Notes: generated by a model not told the origin, from the letters alone. Counted from the stretch's first letter, positions 1 through 8,547 are shown. The stretch is DNA of 8,634 nt from Balanoglossus misakiensis (GCA_040954595.2 CM082592.2:5105772-5114405), one strand, 5' to 3'. Numbers and translations: made by a program.

Positions 1-388
1 TCAGTGTTTTTGTCGATTTATGCAAGTTCAACCTTTCTGGTATGATTTCCGGAATGCAATTCTGCCAATTGGTCGCCGGACTTTGCGATGATGACAAACA
101 CCTACCCGGTAGTGCGTGAGAAACTTTGCACACCATGCGGGTGAGTTCACACATTGGAAATGTGTTACATCCATGCATAAGCCCGTGTTCCGAGTTCATT
201 TGTCGGAATTGTACAAGTAGTAGCCGGAGACCAGGGCGTCGATCTAGAATACAACGCCCGGGGACAGTCGAGTAATGTCCTGCTGAGCTGACAGATAGTA
301 GCCCTGGCAACGATCAGGGTCGCTTAGTAACGAATGGCTAACGAGTGATCTATCAAATGTTGACGGGCGCCAGTGGTTGGATGATATA

Positions 389-726
389 CCGTACTTGCCC
401 GGGTAAGAGCCCCGGGTGCTGCGCCCACAAATTACCGAAAAAACAGGGGGATGTATTTATTAAATAATAAAAAGTTTTTTTTCCCATAAATGAAATAAAT
501 AAAACATCCCGTTTAACCGGGACATTGGTAAATGGTCGATCCCACCCATGCATTTAATACTTAGACGTTGCACTTTATTAAATTTCCAAGAATTTAATGG
601 ATATTCGGCCGGGGGGGGGGGGGGCTTTAGACCGGATATAACCTCGATCTTCAAATGGGCCCTAAAACCAGGGGGGGGGGGGGGGGCGTTTGTCCGAGCA
701 GGGGGCTCTTACCCGGGCAAGTACGG
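389..726. mobile_element. Tc1/mariner-superfamily (Tc2/pogo-like) MITE, 338 bp, nested in the 221-980 element
   Basis: Perfect 25-bp TIR CCGTACTTGCCCGGGTAAGAGCCCC (389-413; complement 702-726) flanked by TA at 387-388 and 727-728. CCGTA termini with TA TSD are typical of Tc2/pogo-related elements. No transposase ORF. Confidence 0.92.
611..686 (+). repeat. Two poly-G tracts (G14 at 611-624, G16 at 671-686) inside the MITE
   Basis: Read directly; homopolymer lengths may be sequencing-sensitive. Confidence 0.9.
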
Positions 727-2426
727 TAATTAACAAAGCTTGGTTATGAATATTCATACACCTTCAAAACCACTCCCACATCCCGTTTTGAAAACATACT
801 TGGTGACTCCACCTCTATTTCCTTATTTAGAATGCGATGACGTCATTTGGTTTACATTGAGTGACCAATTAGCTTACATGCAAGATTTACCACCCGTGTC
901 GTTCTGCGCACAGAATTCGGTGCGTAAATAGAGACTGTCCCCGGGCGTTTCTTTTCCCCAACGCCCTGGTCTCCGGGCTATACAAGTAGAGTCTTTGTAT
1001 AATTCTTCAGCCTGCGTTATCAGTATTGTAAATGGTAAAGTATGTCGTCTTTGTCCTGTGCACAGCTTCGGCTATAGTGTTTTGTACAGACCCCACGCGG
1101 GCAGTTTGAAGTGTTTTTAAATGATCTGTATTTTAGTGAGTACATGTAGTCATGCAGTTCTACATTGGGGTGGCAATTAAGAGTTCAGTTCTGGACTTAT
1201 GTTGGTCCAGCCGGGACTGCAGGCTTAATTGTCCTGTATGTCTATGGGCTGGCCTTTATGTAACCACATTTCCAAGGTGTGAACTTGCCTGCATTTAAGT
1301 TTCTCACGCTGTAGGTGTGTGACAATGATGTTGGAAACAGTGGCAACCCTAAACCTCTCAGAAAACTTCATTAATTTTCAATATCCTGTAATTTGGATAA
1401 CAACACCCTGTTGGAACTACTTAAGATAATAAGTTCTTAAAATAGCCTGAAAATAGTTTACATTTCACTGTTGTACTTGATTTGTTTTTGTAAACAACTG
1501 CAATTATAATTTTTACTGAAACACAAGCAATTTTCAAAAAATGTCAATGAATATTCATACAATAGTTCCAATATGGTGGGCTTCACTGTTTCTATCGCGT
1601 CGAATAGTGACGATGAGAAATTCTGAATTTCACAATTGATGGGGGCTGCATTTTTTTAAATGTAGATCCTGAAAGATAATACTCGTTTGATAAGTTGACC
1701 AAGTGCGTCCTTTTATTGAATAGAATTTATGGTGTGTTGGTGTGTCGACCACCATGCATCTATCGTTGCCAAGATGTACAACTTGGGTTCACTTATTTGT
1801 GTGGAGTTTAAAGCCACCATCCGGACAAGACGTCATACCACATAATTAAAGTTATTGTGGCTGGAACACAACATTAAAACCCTAATAGCTGCCATTTTTT
1901 GCATTATTTTCATGATTTTAGTTTTAAATTTGAAATGGTCTACCTAAATGGGCTAACCGATGGGTAATCACAAATATAATATCAACCTCTGATTGTGGCT
2001 GTACCCGACCATGCACACTTAATAAAAACTCAAAATTTGAAATTGATGATCACTAATCGAATTGAGCTCAATCCCTTTTAAATTAATTTCACATTTTCAG
2101 CTTCTGTGATAATCTGAGATGGCCCTTATGCCCTCAGGGCTTTCTCTCTTTCAAAGAAAGAGAAAAAAAGAAACTTTTTCATTAATTGAATTTCCACTTT
2201 ACCGTTTCCTTATGATACGATAATGCTTCACTATGAGATATTATTGTCATGAGTTAAAAGACGAAAATAGTTCTATAGACTAGCTTATACAGTGAGTCTC
2301 GTGTGACGAAACATCTTAAGTCACAAAATCTGGCGTCTTAAATATGCATTCTTTCTCACAAGTACTTTTAGTGATGTCATAAAACTATACTGTTTCGTAA
2401 CTATGATTTTCAATAATTTTGATTAG

Positions 2427-2707
2427 AACATGGAACCAAATACCAAGGCGAAAAATCTGTTGAGGAAACCAAGGAGATTTTTGCAGATGCTCTCGTCGCT
2501 GGAATCAAAAAGGGTTCAGGGCAAACAGCTTCTGTTGAAAAGATTATTGCCTTACTTGATGAATTGAAGCTGAAAAACGAACCAGCGTATGATGTTCAGA
2601 AACGATTAAGACGTCGCTTGGAAGAAGTTAGTGATGGGGATAAACCTGACATGTACTTCAGTTTGTGGGATTATGCGGGGCAGCAGGTTTATTATATAAC
2701 TCACCAG
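2427..2707 (+). CDS. ROCO exon A: insert inside the Roc domain plus G3 motif
   Basis: Acceptor ttttgattAG (2425-2426), donor CAG|GTTTGT (2708). Open frame HGTKYQGEKSVEETKEIFADALVAGIKKG...DMYFSLWDYAGQQVYYITHQ; WDYAGQ at 2666-2683 is the Roc G3 (WDF/YAGQ) signature. The 5' boundary is less certain than the 3'. Confidence 0.88.
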
Positions 2708-5700
2708 GTTTGTGTCTTTTTATTGTATTCAGTATTATGTATTGCTAATTCCAAAGAAGGATCACATTTTAGCTTTCTTCTTCTTCAGAGACTGGAACAA
2801 ACGTACGGCATGTCCGAGAAATGTTTAAGACTTTGTCCAAATTGTCCTGTTTATTTTGTCGCCATTGAACGCAAAGAAAAACATAATTACAAAAGTCGAG
2901 AAATGAAAGTATGTACAACGCAAAAATGGGGAGGGCCATGAATATAATTCGAATGAAATTGTCCTAATTCATGACCCAAAATAAATACATGGGGGACCCT
3001 ATTGTACTAAGAAATACAAATATACTATAGTAAAGCAGGTGACGTGGGGGTACATCTTTTACCTGTGGTATTCAGCAGATATAAACAGGATATTAATTAC
3101 AAAATGTAGACGTATTTAATGTTATTTATATACAAAGATGGGAAATAATAAGATCACATATTGTACCTGAACGACAAAAAACAACAACAACAACAACAAC
3201 AGCAACAAAGGACTCGTACAAAAATCACAATCCCAACGCCCCTGGTTAATTATTGAAAATGTATTTCTTAACTTCTTTTTTTGAAAGCACGCCTTCTTTT
3301 TATCTATTTCAAAGTGTCACAAAAGTGCTGGCAAATAAATTAATCATTGTAATTGCCATCCCTCATTGACAGAGGGCAATAGACTATACACGCACAGCTA
3401 ATTCAGGGACTTATCAAAAACCAGACAGAGTATATGGCACTGAAACACTGGAATTCACTACCACTTATTCCATAATATAATAATGACACCATGCAGTCAA
3501 ATGTTTACTTTCGGTGCCCTGTTTAAACATTAGAAATAAAAGACCTCCACAAGCCCATGCTTCATTTAGTAATGAGGTTAATCAGCATTTAATGTCAGTC
3601 CAGAGGAAAAGATAATCTTATAGTGTGAGTCCTACTCTATAATGCAATCGACTTTAAAAGTTGAACAAAACAGGTATGCTGGTGACCCCAAGTCTAACGA
3701 TGCTTCGCGCAGCGTCTTTTTCCTGATATAGGCCTAAAGTTTGTGATAAATTTGCATTAACAAGCATAACTGTCATGATGCACCGCATGGTGGTACATGT
3801 GTGTTTTGTTTTTGTTCTAAACTCAAAACTGAAAATAAAAAGAACTAAAATTGACCCGAAATTACCAAGTTGCGGTGACGTACTTTTAAATAGGTTGCAT
3901 CAGGTGATAATTGTGCAATAGATAATTTTCTCTCGCTCTCTCTCACACACACACACACAAACAAACAAACACACAGGTATTCCTTGCCTCTAGAGTTATT
4001 TATATTCTTGTCACCGACCTTACAAAATCGCTGGACATCATGGCAACCGAAATGGACAACGAGTGGACTGTCAAAGGTACGTAAAACTTAAGCTTAATGA
4101 CATTCATTTCATTTTTACTACCAAAAGGTGGCAGGGAGGGTCTCTGAGTGGAGGGCTGGTGGACGTATAAGGCCCTCTGTTTCCTCGTCTGTATGAGGCT
4201 ACAAATTTAAAAGTGACTATATACCATATCTTATATCTTTCTATTTATATGACACTCGCCTGATTATACGTTTATCCTTTGTATGCACATGTTTAATTAT
4301 ATCAAAGACACCACTGATTTTAGGAATTGGATGACTTTTCACCCTGTGATACTACATGTATTACAGTAATGTTACTATATATGTTTTCTAACTGCTTACC
4401 CTCCTGATAAGTCGCCTGATTGCTATCATCAGTAATGTTGATGCCTATATTACGTGTCCATTTGGGCCAGCGGTACGTAAAGCAGTAATACTATCATGAT
4501 GCACATGTGCTTTATGGATCAATTTGTGTCTTTTTATAATCCACCCAGATTGATGCACACCAAATCTTGTTCTGTCGATACAGCTAATTGTGTTTTCATT
4601 CTTAGAATTCCTGAAGTTTTGGATGAACTCGATACATACCCATGCCAAACCTGGATCTGAATTCCATTTCCAAAATCAAGATGGAAGTGATAAGAAAGGT
4701 GTACCTGTACCACCAGTAATCATTTTAGGAACAAAGAAAGACTTACTGCAGGTACAATATAAGCGTACTAGTAAAGCATGCCTGAAAATCGCTGATGAAA
4801 TATGCTGGATAGTCCTACATGTACTATAAGAACATAAAGAACGATTGTTGTTAACAAATATTTTCATAGGACCTCGTGTAATTTTAGAGTACAGTTATAT
4901 GCAGGTGATGTGTTTATAGAAGGCTAAGGGTGAAGGACTGCATCTACGTTTACATATAAACCTCATTACTGTTTTAATAATAAATGTAACGATCTTTGGA
5001 TTGTAAAAACCTGAATCATGCAGTACCCATTTTCTCCTGTTTCAGAGAGACAGTCAACTTCATGGTGAAGTGAGAGACATAGAAGAAGAGGCTAAGCAGC
5101 GTCTTCGAGAAATCAAAGAGTATCTGAGCAAAAATGCTACCAAGGCAGTCAATCAACATCTTGTAGATATGATTGCCATTGACAACAAATCAAGGAAATC
5201 AGACAACACCACTCTGGATCCAGACGTTGAAAAACTTCGACAAATGGTACAACAGCTTGCAAAAGAGTATTTCTTCCTCGGAAAAGTTCCAGCGAAATGG
5301 ATACGCTTGGAACTTTCATTGCGTCAGCTTGAAAAGGAGAAGATTTCCCTCGATGAAGCGCAAAAATTGGGAAGGAAATTCGAAATGGAAGAAGATGAAA
5401 TAGGCAAGGCTTTGGCGTTCTATCACGACGTTGGGGAAATACTACACTTCAAGTCCATACCAGAACTCAAGGACACTGTCATCTTGAATGTGGGGTGGTT
5501 AGTTAATCTATTCAGAATATTGATCACCCAGTCAATCGGTTTCAAACAAGAGTTGGATGTCCCAACGCGAATATGTGGTCTGATTGATGAGTTGCATGGT
5601 AAAGGTATACTGTACGACGAATTGGTAGATTATCTACTGAAACAGCGTGACCGCTCAGAAGACAAGGTGATTCTTCTGGCAACATTGGAAGAGTATGACG

Positions 5701-8547
5701 TCATCTGCAAAATGTCTGCCTCGCAAGGAAGCAGGCCCTTTTATTGCCTACCAAGCCTACTCAAGAAAGATGCTGAAGGGAAGAATAGCGCCATCTGTCC
5801 AGCAGACACCAAATCATGCAGTCCTATGTATTTCCATTTCAAAGGCAATTTCCTACCCGAGGGGCTTTTCTACCGACTTGTTGTCCGGTGCCTGAAGAAG
5901 TGGCCGAACCAGCAAATGGTTTTACGCAAGCACAGAGCTCGTATATTCATGGATGAGGAGGATTTCCATGTAACCCTGCGCAAAGAAGGGTCTGACATCG
6001 AGCTGAATGCACTAGTTTTCACTGATGTCTCCAGTACAGTGCCGCTCCCACAGCCACAACATCTCCGGCCTGTTCGACGATTCGTTGAAGACGAATTAAA
6101 GCACCTCATCAAAGCCTACTATCCAAACTTGGTGTATACACTGTGTGTCAAGTGCAAGTGTTCAAGTCATAGTCGTGGAGGATTTCTTCAAGAGTGTGAA
6201 GATGTAGATGACGGATGTGTTGAAGTCAAAGTATCAAACCCAACAAAGACCACCTGTCCAAGTTGTGCTATAAAAGTGGTTTCTGAGGCCCTGAACGAGT
6301 GGTTTGACACAGGTGAGCGTTTCTTGACTTTGTATTTCCGTGAAAATATTTATTGTGATTTTATTTAACCACATGACCCACCTTGAAATATAATTTATTT
6401 ATACCATCATTGGGTTGGAATCGAGATAGTAAATACTACCGTTTTGATCATTAGAACTGATTAGAGCAGTTCTGTATCAACACACTCTGGGGGTGTCCTG
6501 CTTCGAACATGTCTAAAACACATGTGTACACATTTGTAAAGAGATTTTACACAGTGTCAGTTTTGAAGCAGGATGCCCCCTGTGGTACATGTTGATACAG
6601 AGCTATGTAATCAGTCATAATGATCATTGCAAATGTAACCATATGCCGACTTCAGCATAAAAATCTCAGTTTACTCTGGCTAATTATATTGGAGTTCTTA
6701 TCAGTGTTTCGGGGTGCTTAAATGACACCGGTAGTAACACAGCAGATGCTTAGCTGTGGTATGCTGTGTCCTCAAAAAGTGCCATACCTGTGCATAATTC
6801 CCAAGAACTAAACATGTCATCATTTCAGGGATTAATATAAATGCACGGAATGTGGAGGACAATACAAAAACTAACATTTCTATTCTTTGGAGATCTGTTG
6901 AGTGTTGTGCATGGTCATTTTGTCTATGGCCTATCTACCGTATGAGTTATGTAACCACGTGATGTACTATAGAAACGTAAAAACAAACCAGGGCAATGAT
7001 ATTTGACTGAGTATGATTGTTTTTTTTATATTCTGGTTGTCTGAAAGAAAATATCTTCATGATCTTACTTTTCATATTTCAGACCAGGATGACGACACGG
7101 CAGTGACCACGGGTGGAAGTAGCAAAGTTCCTGAGGAAGAAAAGGGGTAAATTGGATTCCTCATAAAATGTAATATGTATACGGTACAATTGCAAAATGT
7201 ATTTACATGACACGTTTTCTTAAAATGTTGTGGAATAGTAAAGATAACTAGGTAGTTAGGTTGGAAACACATTGTTGCAATAATACATTTGCTCAACAGG
7301 TATATACTTAAAAATCAATATACCGGTAGCAACAATTATAGATATTTGGTGGGTCTAGCTGGATCGAGTGATATCACTCCAAAGCAGTCTTTGGTGGTTT
7401 ATTAACTTCACTAAAACCATATATGCCTTAGCGCTAGCCTCAATATAACGTCATGAAATTTGTGTTTGTAGCAGGTTTTATCAAATTTGATCCAGTTTAT
7501 AGTTTCATTATGATCTCCATAAACTATGTACCATTATCATAAATACATCGATCCAGCGACCCACCAAATATCTATAATTGTTGCTATATTGATTTTTAAG
7601 TATACCTGTAGAGCAAAATGTCACTTAAACCTGTTTAGCATTTGTCGAGTTATCGCTTTGACAGGCCGACGACTTGTGTGAACACGATTTTTTTTATAAT
7701 GGAGAAGAAAATTGTTGGTTTCACCAAATCCTTAACCCTCCTGAAAATGTCGGGAAGTTTGTATGCCTTTGTACCAAATGGAACCTTGCTGGTTAGATGC
7801 TGGTGTTCGCGTTTCAAGTCTTATTTTATGTCTTGACCTCTCTCACCAGAATGGATAAAGTTAACCCACTTCGTACACTCTACAAGAATCTGGGTGATGC
7901 ATTATGGTCCTATGACGTGAATAGTATAAAAAATTTGTTGAGAGGTAATCAAATTAAAAACCGGGCCATCGAAAAACTTCATGATGCAGAAGGAATATTT
8001 CTTGCATTAGAAGAACGTGGCTACATAGCAGAGGACAACCTTCAGCTTCTGAAGGATATACTTCACAAAATACAGCAGAACCAGCTTGTACATTTGGTTG
8101 AAAACTATGAGTTAGAAAGAAGGGAACAAGCAGAAAATGTGCGAGCGGAGAAGCATGACCACCAACACGAACCTTCAGGTTAGTATTAGAATATAATATA
8201 GACATACTTGAATATTGCTTATAGATATCTGTTCATAAGTTTTCTATGACAATCCTCTATTGATAAGGTACACAAACTGAATATGCCACATACTAGTTAC
8301 TACCACATATTACCCTGGATGCTTGAGACACGACATGTTAAAAACGTGTGTCATGAATTCTCATGAATCTTAATAATGTTGGTTATTGCTTCTCCAGTAC
8401 CTGCAGGGACACAAACCCATGGATCTAGCCATGGACTTCAAGACATGAAGCCACAGGAATTCTCCGGGGGCTCATGCAAGTTAGAAAGAAGGAAACAAGC
8501 AGAAAATGTGCAAACGAAGGAGTGTGTTGATCAACCCGAACCTCCAG
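2427..8547 (+). CDS. Partial spliced ROCO-family gene (Roc-COR-Cys-rich-DED-repeat spacer); join(2427..2707,3977..4076,4606..4751,5046..6312,7083..7146,7850..8178,8398..8547); 5' and probably 3' ends outside window
   Basis: All six internal introns are GT..AG and intron phases match (0,1,0,1,2,1), giving one open frame of about 779 codons. Roc motifs continue across junctions (WDYAGQQVYYITHQ|VFLASRVIYILVTDL; WTVK-E|FLKFWMNSI). Confidence 0.88.
3181..3208 (+). repeat. (CAA)n microsatellite, intronic
   Basis: acaacaacaacaacaacaacagcaacaa read directly. Confidence 0.9.
3926..3976 (+). repeat. Compound microsatellite (TC)n(CA)n(CAAA)n forming the 3' splice site of exon B
   Basis: ttttctctcgctctctctc-acacacacacacac-aaacaaacaaac-acacAG read directly. 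Confidence 0.92.
3977..4076 (+). CDS. ROCO exon B (Roc domain, strand after switch II); not in the ORF track
   Basis: Acceptor cacacAG (3975-3976), donor AAG|GTACGT (4077). Translates VFLASRVIYILVTDLTKSLDIMATEMDNEWTVK, matching the Roc pattern HQxFLxxRxIYxLVxDL; phase 0 in, phase 1 out fits both neighbours. Confidence 0.92.
4606..4751 (+). CDS. ROCO exon C (Roc domain, G4 motif)
   Basis: Acceptor ttttcattcttAG (4604-4605), donor CAG|GTACAA (4752). (E)FLKFWMNSIHTHAKPG...PPVIILGTKKDLLQ matches Roc 'LxxWLxSI ... PPVIxVGTHxD'; GTKKD at 4728-4742. Confidence 0.93.
5046..6312 (+). CDS. ROCO exon D: end of Roc (G5-like IDNKS), COR domain, Cys-rich tail
   Basis: Acceptor ttttctcctgtttcAG (5044-5045), donor CAG|GTGAGC (6313). 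Contains COR motifs VPAKWIRLE, LAFYHDVGEILHF, LKDTVILNVGWL, and COR-B-like LPEGLFYRLVVR. Corresponds to ORF 5070..6368, whose GTG start and last 18 or so codons are artefacts of ignoring splicing. Confidence 0.94.
6445..6626. mobile_element. Degenerate palindromic (foldback/MITE-like) element in intron D-E
   Basis: Left arm TGATCATTAGAACTGATTA..TCTGTATCAACA..GGGGGTGTCCTGCTTCGAA pairs with the reverse complement of the right arm TGATCATTATGACTGATTA..TCTGTATCAACA..GGGGGCATCCTGCTTCAAA over about 60 bp. No clear TSD. Confidence 0.72.
7083..7146 (+). CDS. ROCO exon E: 64-nt acidic linker exon
   Basis: Acceptor cttttcatatttcAG (7081-7082), donor GG|GTAAAT (7147). GC-richer island in AT-rich intron; (D)QDDDTAVTTGGSSKVPEEEK(G). 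It supplies exactly the phase 1 to phase 2 shift needed to join exon D to the DED exon. Confidence 0.78.
7285..7621. mobile_element. MITE-like element with about 75-83-bp terminal inverted repeats in intron E-F
   Basis: 7285-7367 vs reverse complement of 7548-7621: near-identical (e.g. TAGCAACAATTATAGATATTTGGTGGGTC exact) apart from one substitution and small indels. No clear TSD. Confidence 0.85.
7850..8178 (+). CDS. Exon F: death effector domain (DED) plus start of spacer
   Basis: Acceptor cctctctcaccAG (7848-7849), donor CAG|GTTAGT (8179). LRTLYKNLGDALWSYDVNSIKNLL...IEKLHDAEGIFLALEERGYIAEDNLQLLKDILHKIQQNQLVHLVENY aligns by eye with the six-helix DED pattern (LFxxLExxxxLxxDNLxxLKxLLxxI) of FADD/caspase-8. 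Confidence 0.86.

Larger units (their letters stand above)
221..980. mobile_element. Non-autonomous DNA transposon (760 bp including nested MITE) with about 48-bp bipartite TIRs and a 9-bp TSD; superfamily unresolved
   Basis: TIR block 1 TAGCC(C)GGAGACCAGGGCGT at 221-239 vs 961-980; block 2 AACGCCCGGGGACAGTC at 253-269 vs 933-949 (17/17). Direct repeat TACAAGTAG immediately flanks both ends (212-220 and 981-989). Confidence 0.92.
71..1348. repeat. Old, diverged inverted-repeat pair (arms about 71-170 and 1258-1348) enclosing the nested transposons
   Basis: Reverse complement of 144-170 ATGTAACACATTTCCAATGTGTGAACT vs 1258-1285 ATGTAACCACATTTCCAAGGTGTGAACT; AAGTTTCTCACGC exact (114-126 vs 1297-1309); GTAGGTGT follows in both; outer part weaker (CGGCGACC vs TGGCAACC, CpG-decay-like). 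Confidence 0.75.

Noticed and set aside
353-931. Four short ORFs (353-553, 460-654, 548-733, 740-931)
   Set aside because: Within non-autonomous transposons; poly-Gly/Pro come from G runs; no transposase motifs.
1315-1374. P-loop-like peptide VCDNDVGNS after a tgtAG, candidate for the missing Roc G1 exon
   Set aside because: Lacks the invariant first Gly and the Lys, hits TAA at 1372 with no good donor, and lies inside the inverted-repeat arm.
2708-2941. C-terminal half of ORF 2564..2941
   Set aside because: Intron read-through beyond the donor at 2708; Roc similarity resumes at 3977.
3234-3246. CAACGCCCCTGGT resembling the TIR of the 221-980 element
   Set aside because: Too short, imperfect and without a partner end or TSD.
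4445-6112. Antisense and off-frame ORFs overlapping exons C and D
   Set aside because: Short shadows of the real coding frame with no recognisable motifs.
7072-8205. ORFs 7072-7296(-), 7642-7836(+), 7954-8205(-) and the hydrophobic N-terminus of 7797-8183
   Set aside because: Intronic or antisense; the apparent signal-like MLVFAFQVLFYVL is the translated polypyrimidine tract before the acceptor at 7849.
2427-8547. Gene symbols LRRK2, DAPK1, MFHAS1 or pats1
   Set aside because: No kinase, ankyrin or LRR region visible and the post-COR domain is a DED; orthology cannot be supported.
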